From Saccostrea cucullata (Eukaryota): a stretch of 64,000 bases of DNA. The notes below the pieces were generated by a model. The model ran no database searches. It had not been told where the DNA came from and was given only the letters and a program-made list of their open reading frames with translations. Made by a program: the position numbers and the translations under genes. Every line of letters starts with the position of its first letter. Positions within the stretch are counted from its first letter, which is position 1. The DNA lies in assembly GCF_032062105.1 (NCBI RefSeq), contig NW_026929981.1, forward strand, positions 124,001-188,000, read 5' to 3'. Positions 1-13,396 of the stretch are shown one piece after another.

Positions 1-94
1 GAGCGAACGTTCGCGAGTGCTCGCCAAAATTACTATTGGAGGTAGAAGGAATTTTGGCGAGAGCTCGCGAACGGTCGCTCTGCTGAACAGGCCT
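1..94. repeat. GC-rich palindromic element (MITE, left end probably outside the window)
   Basis: GAGCGAACGTTCGCGAGTGCTCGCCAAAATT (1-31) pairs with AATTTTGGCGAGAGCTCGCGAACGGTCGCTC (50-80). Confidence 0.65.
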
Positions 95-1439
95 CAGGTC
101 TCATCCGAACGATCCTTAACTTTCACTTCTTCTGCCGTGTGCTTTGCAAAAGAACAATCATTACCCTTTCTGAATAGTCGTAGGTATGACATGGTGCAGC
201 GAACGATCATCAAATACAGATAACCCGAGTAAGAAGCAAACATCATAAAACCCCCTACCATTAGGCTACCGCGACCGATGGGTGTGATCTTAAAATAATA
301 TTAAAAATATATTTTTTTTTTTAAAAAGGGAGAAAATCAGATTCAAATTTTATTTACATGAAGATGATTTGTAAGATTTTCGTCCATTAACTTTCTGGAA
401 ATATTTTGTCAGTCAAAACACTTTTCCCTGCTAAGTTTTAGAGCTTCTAACAAAATTATTGATAGTACCGAAAGTGGGACTTTCGGCTGAAGAGAAGCTC
501 TGATTGTTAAACCATAATTCCTTTAGATCATAAGTGTAAAGACAAGCCTAAGGCAAGATTTATTAATATTACAAGTTCTTTCTAAATTGAATAGTTAAGT
601 AAATTCGATGATTCTATTTAAGATGTTCCAATTTTTTTTTTTTTGAAAGCTTTGAATGAGAAAAAAAAAAGATTATTGAGATTTTTAGGTTAAAATTTTT
701 TCTCCTTTTATCTATTGTTTTGTATTTTAGTTTTATTTTCTCTTCATACATGTAGAATGTTTTTGAAACCTAACTTGTATTTATGTACTTATATGAAAAG
801 TTGAAGGAATTTTGCATGAATTTTTTTTATATGGTTTCGCTGCGCAACGTTGTGCAATGTGATGACTCTCTTGATTGATGAATAGTTAGAAATCTTTATT
901 ATCCCGGTTTGGAATTCTTTTGTTTAAAAACAAAGTTAGTCAGCGTTTTTTTCCTTCCTTTTTACTAATTGATTGTGGTTGTTTGAGAGATGGCGAAAAT
1001 AATTGTGAGGAAATGTAATCACGTGAAACTCTTTACTTTTACATATACATTTCTTTTAGTTTTTTGATGAACTTTATTTTACATCGTTGATTATATATAT
1101 AGTACTCCAAAATTAAGAGCGACAGTTGTCGGTCAGCCAAGGGTTCTGAACAATTCATTATGTAATACAAGCATTACTATTTTTAAAAATGCTTAAATAA
1201 GACGTATACTGTACAAAGCCGATACGAAAATGTTATGATGTGTAAATAGAAATTATTTTTTAAAAATGGTTCAATTTTTCATATTTTGGTTTTGTAGAAT
1301 GACAAGAAGTTTTAACCATATCAATGACATATTACATGATTGATAAAGATGAATACTCATGCACTTAAAACAAGCAAGTGAAGTTTTTTAAAATTTAGAT
1401 TAATTAAACTATTTTATGCAATGATATTTAGCACTGTTT

Positions 1440-2065
1440 GAGCAAAGACTTTTACATGAAAAGAGGGTTTCTTCCTGTGGCCTAAAACTCGACATTAAGA
1501 TATATCTACGACGTTTTATCAATTAACAGTATTCATTTTCTTCAAATTCTGCCTCAGCTCGTATCCCACTGAATTCGGAATAAAATACACCACGTCTTAT
1601 ACTTCTGTTTCATATTGGTATATACTTCTAGAGAAAGACATTGCTGGCAGACTTAAAACTTAACTAAATGATAACTGAAATGACTTCAACTTTCCACTGT
1701 CAACTTCCTCTTATTGATAAAGCAATTTACCATTAACCATTACCATTAACACCTGCCAACAGGTTTTGTGTCTCTCAATTGATTTGACACACAAAACAAA
1801 CAATATCTAAGAAGAGGTAGGCTACTGAAAAAGTAATTGATGTTTTAAGAATATCAACAATGTTGTGTAAGTAAAACTTTCGAAAATCCTCGATAAAGTG
1901 ACTTTCTTTTCAAATACAGTCTATCATTATATTGAATGTTGACTGAGGTCTTTCATACTTATTGTTAGGCCATTATTATAACATAGAATTGACTACGTAT
2001 TTTTTTTAGTTTACCCCATGATTAGAAGGGAAACGTTTGGTTTGACCGTCGACAAGTGCTTAGTT
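1440..2065 (+). mobile_element. Decayed Penelope-like (Naiad-type) RT fragment
   Basis: Degenerate coding for ..VAFNSTLRYI.DVLSIN..SYLDILLEKD..GRL.T.L.D...DFNF.., with many stops and frameshifts; homologous to the other copies in the window. Confidence 0.65.
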
Positions 2066-3169
2066 TAAGTATCAATTTTGACAATCGAGTTTGAGTCTGA
2101 TAAAACTTTTTTTTTGAAAATCATTACTTAGAACAGTTGCAGAACTAGGTAGTACGTAATTAACTAAAGTCTTGACATTACATGAAATGCGAATTAAAAG
2201 TAAAATAAAATTTTATGACAATCTTAATGTCCTTTAAAATCTCGCATAATAACATAATCCATTCGTCCAGAAATTATCTCATCTTGACCACTTTCCAGGG
2301 CGTCTGTATTTGAAAAACAAATCTGGTTTCTTATAAATCATCACTTTGAAATCTTAACATAAATAATTGCATAAATAAAATATTATCGTGACATTTTGCA
2401 AGAAAAGTGTATAATAAATCACAGTACATTATTGATTTCATAAATACTTCATATAATGTTCACAAATGAGTTCATTAATTCACTTCAAACAGAATATATA
2501 CACTAAACATGTTATTATTTCCTGCAAAGAATTTAATTAATATTGTGGCTGGAATACAATTTAAAAAAAGATATATATCTTTTCATCACGATAAATATTA
2601 AAATATAAGATTCCTTTATGCTATCACAATTTTGATACATACTTAGTTTTTTTTTTTAAACTTACCTTTTCAATCTGTTTATAACTGTATTTAATCCTAA
2701 ATATGTTATATTGTTAATAACATGTATGCTGATATTGATGTATTATTCAGAAAAAGAGAACTGCACAAGGATGTGCCTACAGGACGATCAAATAATTATG
2801 TATATATTTTTAAATCCTATATAAATAAGTCTAATTTGCATATTCTTGATTTTCAACACATTTTACCTGCCACATCTTCCTTATAAAAGAAACAACGTCT
2901 CGTTTCAATGTCGGACATGCTTTAAAACACGTATGCATACATTTGCCAATTAATTTTTTCAATATAAACCACAATCTGAATTGTACCTGGTATAAATATG
3001 TAAAGCATTGTTATTGATGATTAGTACGAACGAATGATTAGTTTGGCATTTTTTAATTCTGATGAAGTTTTGCAGTATATCAAGTAGTTTCATGATAAAT
3101 AATTAATATTCACTTTGGATCATGATGTTTTAAAATATTAGACTTACATTTGTCCCAAATATTCGACAG

Positions 3170-3195
3170 CTCTCTCTCTCTCTCTCTCTCTCTCT
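3170..3195 (+). repeat. (CT)n microsatellite
   Basis: About 13 uninterrupted CT units. Confidence 0.9.
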
Positions 3196-3974
3196 TCTCA
3201 CGAAGAACAAAAGACTATTTTTACATGGCTAAAAGAATTATGATAACTTAAATGTTGATTATAAATCTTTAGAGCAGAAGCTCTGTCGTTGTTGTCTATG
3301 TAAAGTCACCAACAAATGGGGAGCTGAACTGTGTCTTAGTCTGATACTGATTTCACTGCAATTAAGTACTGATGCCCCAAAAATATCTTTCCATGAGATT
3401 AAATTCATGTCTCGCCTGTTTTTTAATCCTGGATACAATCTGAGGCCAAATTTTTAATATTTTTTTTGTTTTGGTCACCAGATTTCATTTTATGTATTAT
3501 AATGTCTAGGAACGGTACATTCTTATTATCAAACCTTGATGTATATTGATGTATGACTCTTCATCAAAATAATTTGTTAATCTAAATTCTCCCATAGAAC
3601 GTCTCTGCATTTACATAATTTTAAAAAGAAGAAAATAATAATGAATTTATAAATGCTCACTCCTGGAACGTTTGAGAAGTTCAGGGATCCAAGTTTTTGT
3701 AAAGTGGTAAACGTCGATTTGAGCATGCAACCCTCATTAGACACACGGTGTAAAAATTAAAATTCCCTAAATCTTATTGCATATCTAAAGGGTACGACCA
3801 CAAATACCTTTGACTCCTGGGAAAATGAGAAAGGAGTTCTGAGAAATTCAATAAAAAATTCCATCGGCCCATGTGGTCCTAAGGATGAAATCGAAAAAAC
3901 TGAAACCTTATTGCAAATCGCCATGACTTCGCGATATTCGTTACTGTTGAATAAGGGGAGTTAAAATAATGAAA

Positions 3975-4815
3975 CATATGGAGATAACGAACGGTTTTCA
4001 AGATCAAAAATCCATTATACAATACAAAATAGGAGCAGAGCAAACATGGACCTCCAAACATCAGAAGTGGGATCAGGTGCCATGGAGGAGTGAGCTTCCT
4101 CTGTAGATCGGTCACACCCGCCGTGTTCTCCTTGTCATAATCGGGAAATAGCGGAGAAATTCGTCGTCAATTCAATGTATAAGTAATGGACTAACAATAA
4201 GTATGAAAAGTGTCAGTCAGCATTTGACGCAATGTTAAATTGTATTTGCTGACAAGGTAATTGTATCGACCATAGAACTTACTAAATAATGACTTTAAAA
4301 GTGACTGCTAAAATTATTGTTTCATCAAATTGTTAATAATTTACCTCAATTTAGATATTGTTCATACGTAGAACGTGATCTTGCGTATCAAATCAACAGA
4401 GATATATAATCTCCTTATGCAGGTAAATAACGTATATTGCTGCATAAGTCGGGGAAGCTGACGATAGAAAAATTAAAGTCATCATGTTTATCATAATGCT
4501 TGGTTGCATCAGCCAATTTTAATGTTTACCATTAAAGTCTTTTTCAAAAAGTAAAATATTAACCAAATATGAAATCAGATGTGTAAACAAGGACGTGCCT
4601 TGTTTTTGTTTACATACAGATATCATATTTATAACAAAATGAAGTTCAGCAAATCAATAGTAAGGATTTAAAATTCTTTTATTTGTATCGACATATAAGA
4701 ATGGAAATTATCATTGTTAACTGACAAAACGTCGTCGACATATCAAAATGTCGAGTTGAAGGCCACAACAAGTCTTTTCTTCTTTTCACGCTCAGCATTT
4801 TGCACAAATTCTGGT
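3975..4815 (-). mobile_element. Decayed Penelope-like (Naiad-type) RT 3' fragment with tail
   Basis: Contains the family tail (GGAGCAGAGCAAACA.GGACCTCCAAACATCAGA.GTGGGATCAGGTGCCATGGAGGAGTGAGC on +) and a degenerate RT thumb region. Confidence 0.7.
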
Positions 4816-7013
4816 CAATGATTACTGTGTTTGCTGAGAGTTAATTTTCTGTATAATATCATGACTTATATGTTGTAATAGCATTTCACACGAAAATCAT
4901 CTTATTTCATTTAAAATATACATTTTTTAGTTTTAGAACATTGTTCAAATTTTAATTTTTTTGTTAATGCTTTTGCAAAAAGTTGTAAATTAATGAAAAA
5001 TATTAAAAGAATAGAAAAATACCCGGGTAATAAAGGCAATTGGTTTGAAAAATGGGGCTTACTCGGAACCGTTTTTTTGACATAATAAAGGCATTGAAAA
5101 AGCCCCCTACTTTCAATTAGCCACCCAACATTCAATTTGCTTTCTATGATAAAGATGAAAGTGTGACAGAAGGCCGGAATTTGATAGCAAAACTATGATT
5201 ATATAATCTCTCTCTGTAGAGTATGGGTCTGAACAATTATGATGATAAATCTTAAAGTTTTTACCCCAAGGCTATCATGATTAACAGGCAATCTAATCTA
5301 TGCCAAGGTTGGTTTCAGCCTTTTATTACATTTTTTTTAAAAATTTATAATCATAATTTTTTTTTCTGACTGCACATAAATCCAGGAATTAAGAATAAGT
5401 TGCTTTAAAGTATATATTTTAGCCGAAAGAAAATCAAATTTTATTGCAAGTCAGTTCGGAAATTAAACTTAAACTCTTTTCACAACACCTCTGTTTAAGA
5501 GGAGTCGATGCGTTTCATATATATTATTCTCTGTATTAAACTGAAAAAATTAAGACAATTTTACATTATTAAAAGAAATCATTAAGTTGTGTCTGCTTTT
5601 GATTTGATTTTTATATGAATCGGAAAAGAAATGGTTTTTTTTTTTTACTTAAACCACTATACGTTTCATTTCTATTCATTGCGGCATTAAATGTCACATT
5701 TTTACTATACAATAAAAAGATTCGGATTGGTTAACATTTTTTTCTGAGAAAAGGAATATAATTTTCCGCTGCATTGTTTCGAAAACATTTGTAAGTAATT
5801 TGCCAATTAGATAATTGTTTTCAAAACAAACATTTTTTAGTATTCAGTCTGTAAAATGTGGGATAAAAAGTTCAATTGTAAAATGAATATATTAAATAAA
5901 GTGCGACTTATCGGAAGAAAACTATCACGCCTTTCTGTGTTTTAGTGATCGATCATTTGAATTGTTTGACATTTTCAACAAATGCATACTTGATTGCTAG
6001 AAAGATACACCCATTGATGATAAAAGGAATAAATCCACCAAATAAACCATTTCAGCTGGAAGACATTTTGCTCCACTTTCTACATGTTTTTGTAGTACCA
6101 TTATGTTATAGAAAATATTTTTCTGTTTAGTGCAAGGCCCTAAGTAAAATTCATTTTCCCATTGAGCAAAGAGAAATTATGTTATTCAAAGATTATATCA
6201 TTTATTATTTTATTTTAGTTATCTTTATTCTCTTCAAAAATAATCTTGGTTTAATTATCTTAAAATATTTAGATTAAAGGAGCATGCAGCCCAGAACATA
6301 AAGAATTTCTGTAGAGCGGACGTGACTCACGTTTATTTGTACTTCTCTTGTTTTATTTCAAGGTATTAGGATTACGTGATTACCTTTAAGTAAAAATTCC
6401 CTAAACATGATGTTTCACATTTTGTTCATCTGACCCTTAAGGTCTTTTTTCCCCTGAAATCTTGTTTAGTGGCAAACATGCTGTTAAGCTTACATGTACA
6501 TGTTGTGGGAAGGTATCATCTTTACAAGATTTTTTTTAAATATTCGAGACTTTTTCTCTCGATTTAAATTTATTTTAAAGTTTAAAATGGTAAACGCACG
6601 TAGAAAAATCACTCTTATAATTATAATTTACAACGTATTCGCGTTGCATTGTAAGAGAATTCTCGTGATGTTTTTTAAAGAAATCTTTAAACGTCTTTGA
6701 TTGGTTTTTCCATTTGTTCGCATAAAGTTTAAAAACAGGGTTTCATTTGCATTTTGAAGTCGCATTGGAAGCTTATAAGGACAGATATAGTCTAAATCAA
6801 ATAAGGATATGTCATATATTTGTAAAATCAACGTACTAGTATTCAATACACGTGTTGAAGAATTTATTGCAAAGAAAACCGGGCCATTGCACACAAATAT
6901 ACTGCAAAACAGGAACATTGTATTTTTGAATGCACAAGGTTATGTATGTAGAGAGGGCACCATTTGTTCTAACTTGGGTGTATAAATGTATACACCTTTG
7001 GATGAGAAGCATT

Positions 7014-10000
7014 TTAATCAGCACCAGCTGCCGTAGGCTCAATTTCCTCCGAACATGACCCAGGAACACACCGGTGGGTAGTGACGTCATACATTGTTCC
7101 CGCTTTACATTTGTCCGCCACGTATTGTCCATAGATACAGACTGCGTATTGGTCACAGCTATTTTGACATTTTTGAACAGTTCCAACAAAACAGAAACCG
7201 CATTCTCCAGGCACAATGCAGCCTTCACCTATATCACAAGCTGTAAATGAGAAAAAGAGAAAAAGTTACCTTAGACATTTATTAAGATAAACACTTACAT
7301 TGTGAGTTAAGTTTCAGGAAATGTAGTTCTAACTTGCAAGAACATAAGTTAAACAAAACGGGGTGTCAAGAATAGATACTGAAAGATACAATTATATAAA
7401 TTAATGGGCTATCAAATTAAAAATGAATAAATAATGTAAACTAAGTAAGATGAATATTTCTATAACCTATCTTGCACAATCTCAGACTCATTTTTTCCAA
7501 ACAAAAAAAAAACTATTTTTATTGTCAAAATTTAAGTGATTGATTAATACATTGTATATGTATATACATGTATTCGAGATGAATACAACATACCGTTTGA
7601 TAGACGAATTTACTTACTTGCGTCAGCTGAAGGTTGTTGTGTATTCATGGCTCTTGGAATCAACAGAATAGGTATAGGTGGTGGGGTGGGCATATTGACA
7701 GGAACCACACCAGGCATAGGCCAGTCTTCCTCATAATCGCAATAGAAGGTCATGTACACCTGCCTACTGTCCTTTGTTGGACAACTATTACCAAGACTCC
7801 AGGTTTTGTATACAGCCTCTCCATAGTCATTTGCGTACAGCTTTGGGTACGATGAGGTGACGCGCAACATACCAGAACAGGGTTGCGATTCGCCCGTTTG
7901 GGATGTAGGGATTTTACAATATGGACGACAAATTCTACCACAGGAATCGTAAGCAGAAAGCATTACATCTGTGGCTCCATAGCCTGGGTTCTTAATTGCA
8001 ACGAATGCTGTTGAACTAGAAATGGCTAATCGGTGATCGACAATTGCATATTCTTTGTACGTTCCAACATAGTTAATACCATTGGACTGAATAAATACTG
8101 CACCAGCTCCAAACTGGCCAGTGTTACAAGATGCGTAAGAAGCTGGTCGACCAGTATTGAGGGGTGTTCTCAAAGTAGCATATGCCTCTGGTTCATAAAT
8201 GTCTGTCCTTGTTAATGGCCGCCCACCAATAACAGGAAAAGCGTTGTATCTTTCGTAATCTGGGGGACGCTTGTACACTACATCTACTGGAAGGTAGACC
8301 CACTGCCTCATGTCACTAATACCGTTTATATTGAAGGTATTTTGATAAGGTCGGTTAACAGGAATTACTGGACAGGTTTCTTGAGAAGAGGTAACTGGAG
8401 AAGGAGATGGTGGTAGCATGGAATTTTGAATTCTATTCTGGCTCATTCCATGTATCATTCTGTTGATATCTGTTCCTGTACCACGTATTCTAGGAATGTT
8501 TGTATTCATATGCTGGAAAGTTGTATGCTGTGGCTGAGACGGCATCTGAAAGACTTCAAATCCCATTGGCTTGGCTCTGTCTCTTCGAACAGACATAAGA
8601 ACGTTGCGACCCAGATGAGAAATCACTGCTGGATGTGCATTTGGCATTGTGTTAGGCCCAACTCTATGTATGTTGATATTCATATTTGGAACTCTCAATC
8701 TACTTAACTCCACTAACCTCTGTTGGAAAACCCTTTGCTGTTGTTGCTGTTGCATTTGCATATTATTAGCAAACATTGCATGATGTTGTAGAGGAGGCAT
8801 ATGGGCTTGATCAACGGATACACATATCCACTCATTTTGTTGGTTAATACACTGAAGGTATGAAGAACCACAGTTACGATTAAATGCTGAGCATGATGGA
8901 GAATCTTCATATCTGTATATTCCGTTCACGATGTATTCACTAAAACTGTCAATGTTTCTAAAGGTACCAAGTCCCAACATGGAGGTCGGTAAATGCAAAG
9001 TATGGTTAACTACAGAAGGGTAGTCACGGGTTGGGTCGATGCCGTTTCTTCTCTGCTGTGCCCTAAATTTCTCCCAAATGTAATCGATATAAGCGTGATG
9101 GAGGAAGAACACAGGATCCATGGCTGCAGTGGTAAGTTCTCCCATTTGTCCGTCTACCCACATATGTACCTCGCCATGATGAAATTCAAGGTTGAACGGA
9201 GTGTAGGCATGAGGTTCGGTAATCTCACCGATTCTTTTTCGCGTCAGAATATTTTGAATTACTCGTCTGTTGAATAACTGTCCTGTGTTAGCCAAGTTTC
9301 GAATTAAAGGGCCTACAGGAGTTGACCAATCAGCAAATGGACCAGTGTTTACGAGTCCATTTCCATTTCCAAGGAAACGTGAACTCCAAATAACTGATGC
9401 AACAGGATTTGCCATTGGCTCATCAAGAGTTGAATCCCAGTATGGTAGCGTCACATCCGGGATCTTTTCTCGCATAGCGTTCTCAAACCTTTGTATAATC
9501 AATAGAAATACTATCTAAGAATCTTAATAGAAATACAATATAAGAATCGTAAGAAAAAGAATTTATTTAACAATAAATGGTTTTTTTTTTTGTATCTTAA
9601 GAATTAACTGTTCCAACTATTGCAGAAAACTGCATTATAAAAGTAACTGAGGTATGCAGTTTTTTCTGCAATTGTTGCAGATACATCGACGTATGTTTCG
9701 ATGATTATATCGCCTTCACTTCGAGAAATCGTTTCATAAAGGTGGGTATTACAACTGATATAAGTAAGCGGTAAGGGATTAAGGGAAGTGTTTTTGAAAT
9801 AATGAATTAAATATTAAGTGGATGTTAATATATTTGAGTTAAAGATAACACAGGAAAAATACTTTACATAATTAAGAAAACTCTGTGCCATCCCAGAAAG
9901 TTGGGTCCTCCATGGGCAGCTGTTTCCGTAATACCCTGATGTAAAGCAGCCAGCGCGTCATATTTATTTGGATAGATGCTCTATAAAAATATTGTAATTT

Positions 10001-11032
10001 GATTTAAATGTATCACATGATCTAAAATATTTTTATCCATCAAAATTGTTGATAATTAAAGGGAAATGCATAAAATAATCTTTTTTCTCTAATAAAAGAA
10101 AGTGATCTCTTCGATAAATTTACACCCCGACAGATTTTCTGATTGTTGAAATTATTTCATATTACTTTGCGGTAGAGAAGGCCACTGGCGCCCCTCAAAA
10201 CACAGACGTTTTTAAGGTAATTATATTGAGTAATTCTTCTTTTTATAAAAAGAAATCAAGATCGTTTAAAATTCAAACCTCTGACTGAAGTTTGAATTGT
10301 GATTCATAATTTCAATCTGACAAAATGGTACAAAAAGAGACAAGTTTCCTTTCAAATTATTGACTTTTTCCAAAGATGCTTCAATTTGTATACTGGAATG
10401 GTCAATATGATAACAAACCTTATCTTCTTTCAACATCTGTATTGCCTTCAGAAATTTTTGTCGCTCCATGTCCGATAACATTCGAATTTCTGTCCTTATT
10501 TTTGCCGCTCTTGAATTCGTTAATGTTCTCCGGTTTGGAAACACCAGCAGACGGCTATACCACATATTTGTGTTAGACGTGACGTTGTAATTTAGCCATT
10601 TATGCATTCCATTTTGCTGCCACATATACTGGTGAACACAGATCCAGTTGATAGATTGTCCAACAGTATGTCGGATGCTGGTCTTTTGTGCATATCTAGT
10701 AAAGCAATCGTCAAGTCCTTGTGGAATTGCCATATTATGAATCATTCCACGGGCTACGGAAACCAAAGCGAGAATTGTAGATAACAGAAGTTGTAACTAA
10801 AAATTCAAAGAAAATGACAAATTAAAGAACCTTAATCAAACAACACGAACTTAAAATCCAGAATAACTTTATAAAACATCACAAACTTAAAACAAAAAAT
10901 ATCATCTTTAAGCTTATTTCTGTGTCATTGAGGCTCTGCAACTGTAGCTTTTTTGTTTCAAGAAATGAAATGAAATGAAAGTTTTGGGGGTTGAAACATA
11001 GACCTTTCATTTGTTACCTTCCATTTCTTCAT
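7014..11032 (-). CDS. Secreted tyrosinase-like type-3 copper protein (Tyr-A, ~867 aa) with low-complexity linker, Cys-rich C-terminal domain and terminal chitin-binding type-2-like domain; 5 coding exons
   Basis: Exons (minus): 11032-11018 (MKKWK|GTAAC), 10796-10419, 9980-9868, 9488-7618, 7240-7014 (TAA). All junctions are GT-AG and in frame (phases 0,0,2,1). Signal peptide MKKWKLQLLLSTILALVSVARG. CuA: ALHQG..AAHGGPNFLGWHR; LPYWD motif; CuB: EFHHGEVH..DPVFFLHHAYID. Last exon has CQNSCDQYAVC..DKCKAGTMYD..RCVPGSC. Confidence 0.93.
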
Positions 11033-11112
11033 TTTGTCGCTTAAGGTTTCCATAACTGTCCTCTTACGTTTGGAAAACGCTTATGAGCAGGTTCGAATTT
11101 GATCAGCGCCAC

Positions 11113-11120
11113 CTATATAG
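11113..11120 (-). promoter_or_regulatory. Candidate TATA box of Tyr-A
   Basis: CTATATAG about 80 nt upstream of the predicted ATG (11032) on the minus strand. Confidence 0.5.
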
Positions 11121-12299
11121 TTTTATTGTCAACTGATGTGTCATGGTGGCTTTGAGACGGAAAAGGATCTTCGGTGGAAATCGTTAAAACCATGTCTAAG
11201 GAAACGCATCTATGTTGACACAAGTTTTAAGGCTGTTTTTAAAGTTGGTCATTGTACCTTTACCATGTTTAACAAGATTGCTTCTTCAAAAAACGTTCAT
11301 TATAGCATTTCTTTCTCACCAGAAAGAGGCTTTTCTATACTTACAACACGTTAGGTTCAAAAAGACGAGCGTCAAAAACAAGCATTACAAGATGTTTGGA
11401 GAAGGTTGTCGATATTTTTTTTTAAATATATAAAACAATGAAAGGACTTGAGGTGAAAAACATTAATTAAAAACAAAAGACGTGAATATGTCTACATGTT
11501 ATTGGACATTTTCTTTTCTTTGTTATTCTAAAATTTAATTTGGTGAATAATTTTTATGGGGGAAGATAGCTCTGAAGAAAGTTGTCTGCGAGGCGTTGTT
11601 TAAACAAGACAGGTGTTAAAGGTAGCACAATATAAAGTGAAAGCAAAAAATTCCAAGAAATCCAAGAAGGTGGGCGAATGGCCTCTTACAATTTTCATGG
11701 ATATTCTTTTAATCTGAAAAAGCTTATTAGATAATTTGATTGTTAGGTTCTGAAATAGATGTTTTACATGTGTACTCATAACTTTTATTTTTCATTAAAG
11801 GATTACTTTAAAAAGCATGCCAAGACAATTATCACCATAAAGTATTTTAACAGTGATAGAATTTCAAAATAATGCCAAGAGAACATAAGTACTCCACATT
11901 CTACGTCTAATGACCATGCAACCTTGTCAGGTGATGTAAATGGAAAAAGGGGTGTGTCGCAACCCAAAAAATGCTACACTGGCCTCATTTTGGTACTACT
12001 AATTAGGTTTACAAATTTAGAATCTTTGGTGCATTTACTGTGTGGCTTAAGACCAACACACTGTTCTATTGATGTGTGTCGCTACCATAAATATGGTATT
12101 TTATTTCAGTGTCGTTACACGTGACATTATAGGATGAGTACTTGAACTACGAATATGCCAGAATACATGTAGAGTTATGCATATTACAGATCTCGACGGA
12201 CTTATCTTGTCCACTGCGGGTATGATATAACGTTATTAACTGAAATGTATGTTGTGCACGTAAAGAGTTCTGAATACAAGAGAAATAAGAAAATAAAAA

Positions 12300-12800
12300 T
12301 TATGGATAATGAATAGTATTCAAGATCAAAAGTTCATCCACACAATACAGATTAGGAGCAGAGCAAAGATAGACCTCCAAACATCAGAGAGATAAGGTGC
12401 CATGGAGAACAAAGCATCCCATGCCGACTGATCATACCCGCCGTGTGTCCCTTGTCGTAACAGGGAAAAAAAGGAAAATTCCGTAGACAAATTAATATGT
12501 AATAAATTGCCTTACAATAAGTTGAAAAAATTTCAGTCAGCACTTGACTTAAAATTAATGATAAGCTTATTTATTGACAAGCTCGTTGTACCGACAATAG
12601 AACTTGCAAAATGATGAATTTAGAAGAAACGTTCAGATCCTTGTTTCATCAACTTATTTTTCAATTGTTTGTTTCTTTTTAAAACTTGTTTATACGTAGA
12701 GCATGCTTTTGCGTATTGAATTTATTGAGAGACATAAGTTCTATATGCTGAAAAGACATATTGTTACAAAAGTGAGGTAAGTTGATGACTGAAAAGTTGT
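12300..12800 (-). mobile_element. Decayed Penelope-like fragment between Tyr-A and ApoD-1
   Basis: Same tail and downstream sequence as 3975-4500. Confidence 0.7.
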
Positions 12801-13292
12801 AATCTAGTTACTTCACATTTTGACGGGTACATGTATAAACTTTAAAGACGTCAAAACAACACCGTAGTAAAAGTGCTGAGAAAAGGCACTTATTAAACCT
12901 GTTATTCAATGAATACAGTATAGATAAATGTTCTGTCTAGTTTAGACACAAAATTATCCGTAATTTTTTAATTATTCTCGTTGTATATAAAAATCTTAGA
13001 TAAAATAAAAAATATACATTTCTACGATACATCCGGATTAATACCTTTTCATCACTTTATTAAACCTAAATATTCTGACTGTATACGAGGTTAATGTTCG
13101 AATTCTTGTCCTATCAGAACTTGGTCTTCGATAAGAACACACGTACTTAGGAAGAAACATTTCATGTTTATTATGAAATTAATCTCTCCCTCACTTTGAC
13201 TATCAGTCAAACAAGCAGAGTCCGAAGTTGAACCCTGTCAGGACAACAAATTTCCAAATTCCACGCTTATCTTGATTATAAAAGACCTAATA

Positions 13293-13340
13293 TCACGTGT
13301 GCCATCACCATGTGTGATGTAACTTTCTCAGAGTATATAT
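13293..13340 (+). promoter_or_regulatory. ApoD-1 proximal promoter: E-box CACGTG block plus TATA-like
   Basis: TCACGTGtgccaTCACcatgTGTGAtGT followed by TATATAT; the block aligns with the ApoD-2 promoter. Confidence 0.5.
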
Positions 13341-13396
13341 GTATCTCCGTTTTCGTGTAATTTTATATTGATATTGTATGTTTAACCATCAAAATC

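Noticed and set aside
6836-7228. 130-aa minus ORF as the last Tyr-A exon
   Set aside because: Wrong frame. The phase-1 junction selects the Cys-rich frame ending at 7014.
7634-9518. Several + strand ORFs (60-94 aa) overlapping Tyr-A exon 4
   Set aside because: Antisense shadows of a GC-richer coding exon; no recognisable motifs.
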